Positions 9,414 through 19,600 of a DNA stretch of 39,080 nt are shown one piece after another. The stretch is from Emiliania huxleyi CCMP1516 (Eukaryota). Numbering within the stretch: position 1 is the stretch's first letter; each line of letters starts with the position of its first letter. The position numbers were made by a program, and so were the translations under genes. The stretch covers positions 2,141,119 through 2,180,198 of the forward strand of contig NW_005202428.1 of the NCBI RefSeq assembly GCF_000372725.1. The letters are read 5' to 3'. A model generated the notes under the pieces. The model was not told the origin of the DNA and did not search any database. It saw nothing but the letters and a program-made list of their open reading frames with translations.

Positions 9414-10372
9414 TTCCCTTCCTGGCGCTGTACGAACGTGGGGACAGCAGGGCAAGTGGAGCAGGCCAGCGGAGCAGCAGGGTGAGCGGCGCGTTGGAGA
9501 GTGCCAGTGGAGGAGCAGCTGCTGAACATCCAGGCGCCGCACTAGCAGTGGCCATGGCGTTGCATCCGCGGCTTGGCGCCGAGAGCCCGCTGTCTGTCCT
9601 TTCCGACGACCTCCTACACCGCATCGTCCTCCTGGTCTCGCTGCAGTCTCCCTCACACCGCAGCCTCGCCGCCATCAACTGCCGCGCTGACTGGTGTATT
9701 CGTCAGCTCGACCTTCACTACATCACGAGCAAGGGCGTGCAGACCACCAGCCTGCGAGGCGGGAAGGGGTGCGTGGCAGAGCCTCTGCTGCTCGCTTGCG
9801 GGGAGCACGTCGTCCAAGCCCGTGGCTCTCACGGCGGGGGGCTTCTCTATTCCTTGCAGCTCGTCACCTCGCTTGGGCGTGCCGGCCCAATGTGGGGTGC
9901 GCACGACAGTGGCGGCAGGGCGTTCGAAATTCTGCCATTCGTTCCCAGCGATGAGTCCCTTCTCGACAGGCTGCCCGCCTGGCTGCGGGCGATGGGGCTG
10001 TCTGGCAACCGGGAGGATGGAATGGACATGCACGACGTGGCCGTGGATCTCGCGCACTCCTCCGTGGAGCACACCTCCCGGGGGCACTTCCAGCCACAGC
10101 CTCGCCTGCAGCTCCTCAAGGGTCAACCGGTGCTCGCTGCCTTTGTCGAGGCGCCCGGGCTGAATCGCGTCGCCAAGCAAACGGGCGGCGTCGGCCGCCT
10201 CGTCGGCATCGGCGCACACGCGCCACCGCCACAGCAGGGGGAACTTCTCCACCTACTGTACCAAAAGGAGTTCGAGGACCTGCACGCCCGTGCGGCCACA
10301 GGGCGGCTGTCGTCGGACCAGGGTCTCGCGCGCAAGCTCATCGCCCGGCTCAGCTTTCGCCGGTCGCAATGA
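9374..10372 (+). CDS. F-box-like motif plus jacalin-like lectin domain protein (intronless, 332 aa)
   Basis: LAVAMALHPRLGAESPLSVLSDDLLHRIV (F-box-like), followed by IRQLDLHY..RGGKG..LLLACGEHVVQARGSHGGGLLYSLQLVTSLGRAGPMWG (jacalin beta-prism-like pattern). Confidence 0.6.
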   Translation: MSRAAAPAELSRAFPFLALYERGDSRASGAGQRSSRVSGALESASGGAAAEHPGAALAVAMALHPRLGAESPLSVLSDDLLHRIVLLVSLQSPSHRSLAAINCRADWCIRQLDLHYITSKGVQTTSLRGGKGCVAEPLLLACGEHVVQARGSHGGGLLYSLQLVTSLGRAGPMWGAHDSGGRAFEILPFVPSDESLLDRLPAWLRAMGLSGNREDGMDMHDVAVDLAHSSVEHTSRGHFQPQPRLQLLKGQPVLAAFVEAPGLNRVAKQTGGVGRLVGIGAHAPPPQQGELLHLLYQKEFEDLHARAATGRLSSDQGLARKLIARLSFRRSQ

Positions 10373-10498
10373 TCGAGTAGCCTCCAGCCCATCCACGTCG
10401 GGCGGGGCGAACGGAACAGTGCTATCAGCAGCAACGCGCTTTTTGTTTTACTTTTGCAGCCCTGTCGGACCTGTCGAGGGGCCCTGCTAAGAGTTCTT

Positions 10499-10538
10499 TT
10501 AGTGCCAGTGCGCGCCAGTCCCGTGCCCAGTGTTGTGC
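10499..10538 (+). promoter_or_regulatory. Recurrent gene-upstream motif, copy 2, 54 nt before ATG 10592
   Basis: Exact 40-bp reverse complement of 3845-3884, followed by a similar T-rich AAATTCTTTTT tract. Confidence 0.7.
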
Positions 10539-10591
10539 CAGAATGTTTGTTTAAATTCTTTTAGTGCCGTGCCCATTCTTCGTTGTCGACG

Positions 10592-11770
10592 ATGTCGCAC
10601 CGACACCAATCTCCGCTATTCTTGCTGCTCTCCGTGCTGGTTGCGCCAGGCTGCGCCTTCCAAGTGCTGAGGGCAGCACCGGCGCTGCCGCGAGCGGCTG
10701 CACTGCTCTCTGCGTCCAAGCCGGCGCTGCCTGCGGTCACCAAGGCGTACACGCTCAGCGGGCTGGCCACGGGCGCAGCCTGGACCGCCTGCTCGTGCGT
10801 CGCGCTGTCGTCGCATCCGAATGCGGCAATCGATGCCGTATGCGGCTTGCGCCACAACCTGCTCACCATCGCACAAGCCTACGCCCTGCCGCTCCCGCTG
10901 ATCTGGGCGGTTGCCTCGGCGCTGCGCTCGGCGGCAGCCGCGGGCTGGGATCGGCTCTCCTCCGCCACGTACCGCCGCCTCAACCTGGCGCTTTTCACCA
11001 GCTCCGCCTGGCTGTGTGCCGCTGCCGTCTGCATGCCCGCCTTTGCATACGGCTACGACATGTACCCCGCAGCGCTCAAGGCGGCGGCGGGCGCGGCGCA
11101 CGGGCTGACGGCGCTGCTGTGCGCGGGCGTGTGGGTGCGCACGGTTGAACCGACCCGCAGTGGACATTACATGCCCCGGCTCGTGCGCGGCCTCGCGGGC
11201 TCTCTCGCCACGCTCGCCCCCAAGAGCGCCTCCGACGACCCGGAGGCCGCCTCGAGCCGCGACGGACGGTCGGAGCTTGCGCTGTGCGCGGCGCTCTTCG
11301 CGTGGTTCGCCGTGCTGCCGGTCGTGTCGCCCTTCCCGATGGCGACCGTGCCCGCCATCCTCGGCAAGAGAATGAGCCGCGCCTACTCGGCGTGGACCTG
11401 GCGCGAGACACATAGCCGTCGCCGCATGCGCTCGCGCACGCGCCGGTCACTCGCCCAGCCCCTCTCTCCGCGCAGGCTCGCGGCCTGCGTCTGCTACGTG
11501 CTCAAGGACGCCGCCGAGCGCGGCCGCTCCTCGGCATCCACTTTTGCGACGCTGCGCAAGGGCCTCGCCGCGGGCAGCCTGGCGCACCTGCTCGTGGTGG
11601 CGCTCAAGTTGGTTGGCGTGGACGGCGGCGGGCTCCTCCTGCCGGGGCGCGGGCTTTGGACATTTTACGCAAACTTTGTTGCGGTGCCCTTCACGGCTGG
11701 CGCGTCGGTGGCGATGCACGCGCTGGCGGCGTTCGCGACGACTTGCTCGGAGGTGGGGGAAGAGAAGTGA
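10592..11770 (+). CDS. Multi-pass membrane protein with signal peptide, probably plastid-targeted; function unknown
   Basis: Hydrophobic leader ending GCA-F (ASAF-like) and a transit-like region, several TM segments, and two related motifs [19 protein letters not shown] and [15 protein letters not shown]. In-frame GC-AG intron at 11401-11475. Confidence 0.7.
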   Translation: MSHRHQSPLFLLLSVLVAPGCAFQVLRAAPALPRAAALLSASKPALPAVTKAYTLSGLATGAAWTACSCVALSSHPNAAIDAVCGLRHNLLTIAQAYALPLPLIWAVASALRSAAAAGWDRLSSATYRRLNLALFTSSAWLCAAAVCMPAFAYGYDMYPAALKAAAGAAHGLTALLCAGVWVRTVEPTRSGHYMPRLVRGLAGSLATLAPKSASDDPEAASSRDGRSELALCAALFAWFAVLPVVSPFPMATVPAILGKRMSRAYSAWTWRETHSRRRMRSRTRRSLAQPLSPRRLAACVCYVLKDAAERGRSSASTFATLRKGLAAGSLAHLLVVALKLVGVDGGGLLLPGRGLWTFYANFVAVPFTAGASVAMHALAAFATTCSEVGEEK

Positions 11771-12033
11771 ACCGTAAAACACTGGAAAAGAGCGAGCCCA
11801 ATCACCGGGTAGAGATACATAAACACATTGGACAGCATGCGGTCACTTCTCGGCACATTGACGGAGAGGTAGTGGGACCTGGGACATGTGCTTCCCCCCC
11901 CGCCGGGGCACGCGCCCCCGCGGACACGGCGCCAGACGGCGCCCTCTCCAACAAAAGTAGTGAATGTGTAATTTCGATAACACACGTGTGTTTCACTCTC
12001 ACACTAATGTCTAATCGGCACACTACCTATGCC

Positions 12034-12200
12034 ATGACTCATTCAATCATTGACTCATTCTCTCAGCAGTAGACAGGTACTCATACGGGCACACTACGTA
12101 CCTAGGTGGTTCACAACCATGGTGCATGACTCATTCCGTCTGTACAGTCACCGTCTCTCTCTCTCTCAGAGCAGTAGACAGGTCCTCATACAGGGCGCAC
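12034..12200. repeat. Degenerate local duplication (CATGACTCATTC...GCAGTAGACAGGT.CTCATAC.GGGC.CACT)
   Basis: The same blocks recur at about 12034-12098 and 12125-12200. Confidence 0.65.
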
Positions 12201-13258
12201 TCTCTGGAACACGGCGAGAACGCTAGAGCGGAAACACTCAGACAAAGAACAAGATCATTGGCGCAGGTGCACACCTCCCTCGTATTGAACACATTTTGGT
12301 GTCGATCTGGGTTGAGTTGACTCCGAGTCTCACCAGAATCGGGGCGCGAAGGGTTGCTTGAACATGCTCCACGCTCACTGCCGCTCAGGGGGGCGCCGAT
12401 GGAAGTGTTGAACGGGGTGCCCACCTCAAAGCCCCCTGGAAAGTGGTCTTCAGCGCATCTGAACATCGGCGTCTTGGAGTCCCGCAGCTGTCCCTCCTGG
12501 TTCCCGACCACGACGGGCAGCGGGATGCTAGTCGCTTTGCGGTAGCTCTCGGCGACCTGGTAGGCGCCGCGCACGCCGTCGTCGAACATGATCGCAGCCT
12601 GCGCCGGCGTCTTTCCTGCTTTAATGTAGTTGATGGTCGCCGGCGCCCAGATGGCTGTGGCCCAGATGGCTGTGTCCTTGAATTCGTGGCACGCCCAGTT
12701 GTTGAAGGGAACGCGGGGGATGCTCTTCCAAAGCTTGCTGATCTCATTAAAGTTCGTCACCTTCTCAAAGATGCTAAACTGCGTCGGCCGAAGCATGCAG
12801 AGGGCGAGCCTGTCGAAATTGGTTGTAGACGCACCATTGGCGCGGAAGACGTTCCCGGCAGCAGGCTGCATGTCGCTGGGAATTCCAGTCTGTGCTGCAC
12901 GCTCAAGCAGTACTTCGTTGGATCTGACGCACTTGTTCTGGAAGCATTCCGGCACAAGTTCAGGGGGGAGAGACCGTTCCGAAGAGGTCCAGAAGAGCGA
13001 GACGGCCTGCTCTTTTGCATCCCCAAAACGGGTGGGTGGGTTGGCCCGCGGCGGTGGTCGCTAGACCATGCCCGCCCGCCTCGCCGATGAAGTAGCGACT
13101 CAAGGGCGGCCAGGACACATTGATCCAGTTCTCCCAGTAGTTCTCAGCGTTAGTTGTGTTGGGGCAGGCAGAAAGAAGGCCGTAACCTTCCCAGGCAGGC
13201 AGGTGTTCGTCCCCAGCGTAGAGTTGCAGTTGTCAGTCGCATGGATATTGTTGGCGTA
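12131..13258 (-). pseudogene. Lower-GC hypothetical gene remnant with two apparent frameshifts
   Basis: Protein-like segments YANNIHATDNCNST..., PNTTNAENYWENWINVSW... and FGDAKEQAVSLFW...PECFQNKC... occur successively in different frames. The 3' end runs into repeat DNA. No family recognised. Confidence 0.45.
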
Positions 13259-13651
13259 CCTGTGTAGTGCCACTGTGCGCTTGGAGCACTTGGAGTGCAG
13301 TCATTAACCTCACATCCAGGGCGCACTATAGCCAGGGCAGTCGGCAGTCGGAGAAGGGGCAACTCCGTGCACTGACGGTCGGCCGCCAGAAAACACGCCT
13401 GCGTGGATCGCGTCACACCAATCCTCGCTACCCAACGCGGCCAAAGGATATCCGCCTCAAGAACCTCGAGAGGGCGCACTAGTGTTCCTGCGCGGCTGGC
13501 AAATCTTTTTCGTGCCAGTGTGCTGTGAGAGAAGGTTCTTGGTAACAAATCTTTTTCGTAAAACGCGAGAGAGCGCCGCGCTTTCAGCCAGTCAACCGCC
13601 TGGGGGCCAGCCAGTCAACCGCCTGGGGGCCGGCAAAGCTTCAGCGACAAC

Positions 13652-16600
13652 ATGGAACGCCACATGGTATCTAGCCACCACCCAAGGGGCTCGCGCGTAC
13701 GCGTCTGGTATGCGACGACGACGGACATGGCGGAAGCTCGCACGGGCGTGGTGTCGGCGGCGGAAGAAGCGGCCGAGGGTGGCTTCGTACGGATGTACGT
13801 CTCGTGGGACGGCATTGCCGACGGCGCGTGGGTGGATGGACGAGACGATTGGGAGTGGGATCGCAGCGGCGAGCCGCGGCTGGCCCCCGGATCGTGGCCC
13901 GGGCCGGGGTTCGTTCCCGGCGCGATTGAAAAGGTGCACGCTTGGCGGGAGGAGGAGGACACGCTGCTGGTCAAGTGGACTGGTCTCGCGCACATCCACT
14001 GCCAGTGGGTGCCGCGAGAGGCGCTCCTCCAGAACGAGAACAATATACGACGGGTATCACGTTACCTCCAGGAGCGGCGCGCCGCTGCCGCCTCCGCCGC
14101 CGCCTCGTCTGCCGCCTCCGGCTCCGCCGCCGCCTCCTCCTCCGCCAGCTCCGCGCGCCCGTACCCGGACGACTTTGAGCAGGTCGAGGCGGTGCTCTCT
14201 GAGGAGGTGAGCCCCCACGGCGCGCCATCGCAGTTTCTCGTCAAGTGGCGCGGCCTGCCTCACAGCGCGGCCACCTGGGAGGACGCCTCTGCGCTGGCGT
14301 CAGAGTGGGGCGCGGTGGAGCAGCTTCGGCAGCGCGAGGCTGCCGCGCGCGCCGCCACCGCCGCGACGAGAGGTCCGCCCGACCGCGGCAGCTGGGCGTA
14401 CCAGAAGCTGGCGGCGCCCTCCCTGCCTGGCGGCCGGCTGAGGGAGTACCAGCTCGAGGGCGTCAACTGGCTTCTCTACTCGTGGCACGCGCGGCGCAAC
14501 GTGCTGCTGGCGGACGAGATGGGTCTCGGCAAGACGGCGCAGAGCGTAGCGCTGCTCGGCGAGCTGCGCCGCCTCGGCGTGCAAGGCCCCTTCCTCGTGG
14601 TCGCGCCTCTCTCGACGCTGGAGCACTGGCAGCGCGAGGTGGGTGCTGAACAACACACACACACACATCCCTTCTGCAAACTCCCAGGGCACGCATCGGG
14701 CGGCTCCACTGTACTCAAGCCGTGCTCACTGCGTTCGTAGCTCCTTGCTCACGCGCTTGAGTACACCGCACGAGGCCGAGCCCCCTCAGCCCCACCGTGC
14801 TGACGCCCCCAGGTGGAGCGGTGGACCGGCCTCACCGCGCTGCTCTACCACGGGGACCGCGAGTCGCGCGCGGTGATGCGGCAGCACGCGTGGCGCTGCT
14901 CCGAGCCGGGACCGCCGACCTCGGGACGCCGGCCGCCCAAGCGCCTCTCGGGGCTGCTGCGGCGGTGCGGCAAGTGCGACGAGTGCGCGCGGACGGCGGC
15001 TTGCGGCGAGTGCCGCGGCTGCAGCCGTCTTGCGGGCGGCGAGCAGGCGCGGGCGGCGGAGGCGGAGCTGCTGACCGGGCCGGCTCCGCAGCCGGGCCAG
15101 GCCGCGCCGCCGCGCAGCGAGGAGGCGGCGCACGGGGCGGGGTCGGACCCGACGCCGGAGGACGGTCCGGCGGCGAGACGGGCGAGGTGCGAGCTCTGCC
15201 GCTGCGCGTGCTCGAGCGACCTCGCGACCATCCGGAGGCAGGAGTGGGTGACGGCGCAGCAGCACTCGCCGCCGCACCAGCCGGACGACGACTCGCCGCT
15301 TTCTCGCCGCTCGAGCGCGGTGTGGGGCGGCGCGGGTGCGGCGTTGTCGCGCGAGGCGGCGCCCCCCCCAGCGCTGCCGGGAGAGGTAACGGGAGACGAG
15401 TCGTCGGAGTCGGAGGTGGAGGCGGAGGTGGAGCGGCCGACACTCTTTGACCTCGCCGACCTCGCCGCCGCTGCCGTGCCAGCGGCGAGCGAGGGGGGCG
15501 CGCCGCCGCAGCTGACCCTACCGCCACCGCCGCCGCCTCACGCTGCCATGCTGTCATCAGCCGCCGCTGTCCCTGTTGGCGTGCATGTGGCCGTGCCCGT
15601 CCGCGGCACACACTCCGCCCCTGTCCTCGCGGGCCTGCAGGGCGGCGGCGGCGAGGCGCTCGTGCGGCGGAAGAAGAAGATGCGGTGCGGCGAGTGCGAG
15701 GCGTGCGTGGCGCCAAACTGCGGCGAGTGCCGCTTCTGCCTCGACATGCCCAAGTTCGGGGGCGTCGGGACTCTGCGTCAGCCTTGCCTGCAGCGCCGCT
15801 GCACGAAGGCGCACCCAGCCTCGGTGGCCGCCGCTTCGTCCTCGGCGCCGCGCTCCGTCACGGTGCTCCCATCGGTCCCGCCGGCGCTGCTCGGCGCCCC
15901 TCCTGTCGTCGCGCGGCCCGTGAGAGCCGCTGGCGAGTCGAGCTCTCCCCCGGCGACCAACGAGGCTGCGTTTCTTTCTCGACGCGACGGGAGGGCGCGA
16001 GATCAGCCGAGGTGACCCGAGATTGGCGCCGAGACGTAGGCACCGCTCAAGTTCGACGTGCTGGTGGTGTCGTACGAGACGTTGCGCGACGACTTCTCGC
16101 TCGGCTTCAAGCAGATAAGCTGGGCGTACATGGTGGTGGACGAGGCGCACCGGCTCAAGAACCCGGCCTCGTCCGTTGCCAAGCTGCTGCGCGCCGTCTC
16201 CGTCGACCACATGCACTTGCTCACGGGCACGCCCCTCCAGAACACGACGACGGAGCTGTGGGCGCGGCTCGGCGCGGACCCGCGTGAGGCGGCACGAGGA
16301 TGCGCGAGACCAGCCGAGGTTGGCCGAGACGTAGGCGCTGCTCAATTTCCTGGACCCGCAGGGTTTCGCGTCCCTCCCCGCCTTTTTGGGCGAGTACGGC
16401 GCCCTCACCGACGCGGCGCAGGTCGAGGCGCTGCACGCGAAGGTTGCGCCGCTCCTGCTGCGGCGGCGCAAGGCGGACGTCGAGGAGGGCCTCGCGCCGC
16501 TGGAGGAGAGCCACCGTCGGGTCGAGCGGAGCGTGACAGGATGCCACCAGCGTGACAGTCCACTGCTCGCCAATAGGAGACGATCGTGTGGGTCGAGCTC

Positions 16601-19600
16601 ACACTCGCGCAGAAGCGGGTCTACCGCGCGATCCTCGAGGGGAAGCGCGAGCTGCTTGCCGGCAAGGGCGCGAGCCGCGCTTCGCTGCCGTCGCTCAACA
16701 ACATCTATATGGAGCTGCGCAAGTGCTGCAACCACCCGTGGCTCATCAAGGGCGTGGAGGCGGAGCAGACGCGCGGCGTGGCCGATGGCGAGGCGCTGCA
16801 GCAGGCGCTGCTCTCGTCGTCGGGCAAGCTGGTGCGCCAACACACACGCTGGACGACACAGCGCATGAGCCACCGCCGACGTGAGCCACCGCCCCCAGGT
16901 GCTTCTCGACAAGCTGCTCCCAAAGCTGAAAGCGGAGGGCCACCGCGTGCTCATCTTCTCGCAGTTCACGACGACGCTGGACCACGTGCAGGACTTCCTC
17001 GCCTGGCGCGGCCACGCTCACGAGCGGCTCGACGGCACCACCAAGGCCGCCTTGCGGCAGGCAGCCATCGACCGCTTCTCCGACCCTGCCTCGGACTGCT
17101 TCGTCTTCCTCCTCTCGACGCGCGCCGGCGGCGTGGGCATCAACCTGACCGCCGCCGACACGGTCGTCCTCTTCGACAGCGACTGGAACCCGCAGAATGA
17201 CGTGCAGGCGATGGCTCGCTCGCACCGGATCGGCCAGACCAAGCGCGTGCGCGTGTTTCGGCTCGTGGCGCGCAACACGTACGAGGCGGAGCTCGTGCAG
17301 AGCGCCAACCGCAAGCTGGGCCTCGAGCGCGCGCTTCGGCAGCAGGGCGGCAGCAGCGAGGCGGGCTGCTGGCTGCGGGACAGCGAGGGCGGCGACAAGG
17401 GGCCTCGGGATGCGGCGGAGCTGGAGCGGCTGCTGCGCGCCGGGGCGCGCGACATCTTTCTGAGCGACGAGCGCGGCGAGGACTTCCAGCGATTCGACGA
17501 GAGCGACATCGAGCAGATCCTCGCCGGCGGTACTTTGGTGCGGCACGACAGCGCCGCCGCCGGCGACGGCGACAGCCTCTTCTCGAAGGCGTCCTTCGTC
17601 GCCAACGCCGGCGAGGCGCGGCTCGACCTCGACGACCCCGACTTCTGGAGCAAGCTGCTGCAAGCGCAGCCGCCGCCCGAGGCGGCCGGCCCCGAATACG
17701 CCAAGCGGCAGCCGAAGCGGACGCGCCGGCTCGGGATGGTCGACCTTGACGCGGCGCTGGAGGACGTCGCGTCGAGCGGCGAGGAGGGGACGGACGAGGA
17801 GTGGGAGGCCGGGCAGGGCGAGGAGGGCACGGACGAGGAGGAGGACGACTACGCGTACGTCGCGGAGCGGCAGCCGAGGGCGGCCGCCGACACGTCGCCC
17901 GGGCGCGCATCCGCGTCGGCCTCACGCGAGGTGGCGAAAGTGGTGCGGGGGCTGGTCGCGCAGGTTGCCCGAGAGGTGAGGGCCGAGGCGCAGGTGGCGG
18001 CCGTGCTCGACTCGGTGATTGCGCGCGTGAGTCGGGCGGCCGACGCGAGGGAGAGGCTCGAGCGCGCGCTTCACGCGGACGAGCAGGCGCGCCGCAAGAG
18101 GGCGGCCGCCGAGGAGGCGCGGCGGCAGGAGTTTTCGCGGCAACTTCAGACGCTACACGCGGAGGCGAGGGCGCGGCGCGAGGAGGTGGCGAGATCAGCC
18201 GAGATCACCCGACATCGTCCGAGACTAGGCGAGGGCGCATGTGCAACGCAAGGAGGAGGCGCGGCGTGCCACGCAGGAGGAGCGGGAAAGCTTACTGCGC
18301 GGGGCGGAGGATTTGGCGCGGCGGCGGCGCGAGGCGGGCGAGGAGGCGGCACTAGCGCGGGCGGCGCAGGAGCAGCACCGGGCGGCGGAGCGCGCGGCGG
18401 AGAAGGCGAGCGAGGCGCAAATGCGGGCGCAGAAGCGGAGCATCCTCGAGTTGCGCACGGTGAGGCGGGCCCGGCTGATCGCGCTGATCACTGCGTCGTT
18501 CCACCACAACCGTTGCGAGGCGAGAGACGAGGTCGAGCTGTGCGAGAAGGCGGTGCCGGCGGCGAGGACCTTCGAGGAGGAGATCTGGAAAGCTGTCGAC
18601 CGCCGGATCCTTGCGCCGAGCAGATTGGCGGCCAGTGCTGCGGCGTTGCGAGTGGGCGTGTACGAGCCGTCCGCGCTACAGAGCGCCCTGGCCGAGCACG
18701 GCAAGGCCTTAAACAAGGTCCTCGAGCGGCTGATCAGCCAGCTGCCCGCGGCTAAAGAGGGCGCGAGGGGACTGAACGTGCCCAACTTGCTCATGCACAT
18801 CCGGCGCCAGCTAACGCTCGCGGCGCCGACACGGCCCGACGGCACGCTCCAAGAGGGGGCCGCCCGCAGCTGTGAGGCGCTGATGACGCTGCCCGGCTTT
18901 TCCGAGCGCGCTGTCGAGGCGTACACGGAGTGCTTCACCTCGGGCTGGCTGCCGCCCGCACTCTTCGCGCAGCTCCTCACGCACCACTTGCACGAGAGTG
19001 TGCCTGCGTTGCTGAGGCAGCCCTCGCACCGGCTCGAGTGGTGCTTGCTCGGCGTGCAGCAGGTGGCGCGCGCACTGCAGGGGGCGGCGGCCTCGCAGCG
19101 GAATGCGCGGCACGATTCGGGGGGCCGCAGCGGGATGCCGCCGCCACTGGTGCAAACGCCGTCGCAACCGCTGATGCCGCTGCCGCCGCAGCAGTTGCCG
19201 CCGCAGCAGCTGCCGCCGCCACCGCAGCTGCCGTCGCCGCAGTTATCCTTGCCGTCGCCGCAGCAGCTCCAGCACCAGCACCAGGCGTGGGCACGGCAGG
19301 TGCAGCAGCTCCGGCAGCAGCAGCGGCAGCAGGGCGGCACGTCGTCGAGCGGAGGTGTGGTACAGCAACAGCAGCAGGCGCGGCAGCAGCAGCGGCAGCA
19401 GGGCGGCGCGTCGTCGAGCGGAGGTGTGGTACAGCAACAGCAGCTGGCACGGCAGCAGCAGCGGCAGCAGGGCGGCGCGTCGTCGAGCGGAGGTGTGGTA
19501 CAGCAACAGCAGCAGGCGCGGCAGCAGCAGCGGCAGCAGGGCGGCGCGTCGTCGAGCGGAGGTGTGGTACAGCAACAGCAGCAGGCGCGGCAGCAGCAGC

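Noticed and set aside
3845..10538. 40-bp perfect inverted repeats as TIRs of a 6.7-kb transposon
   Set aside because: No TSD or transposase is seen, a third copy lies at 38107, and each copy's orientation follows the adjacent gene. A dispersed motif fits better.
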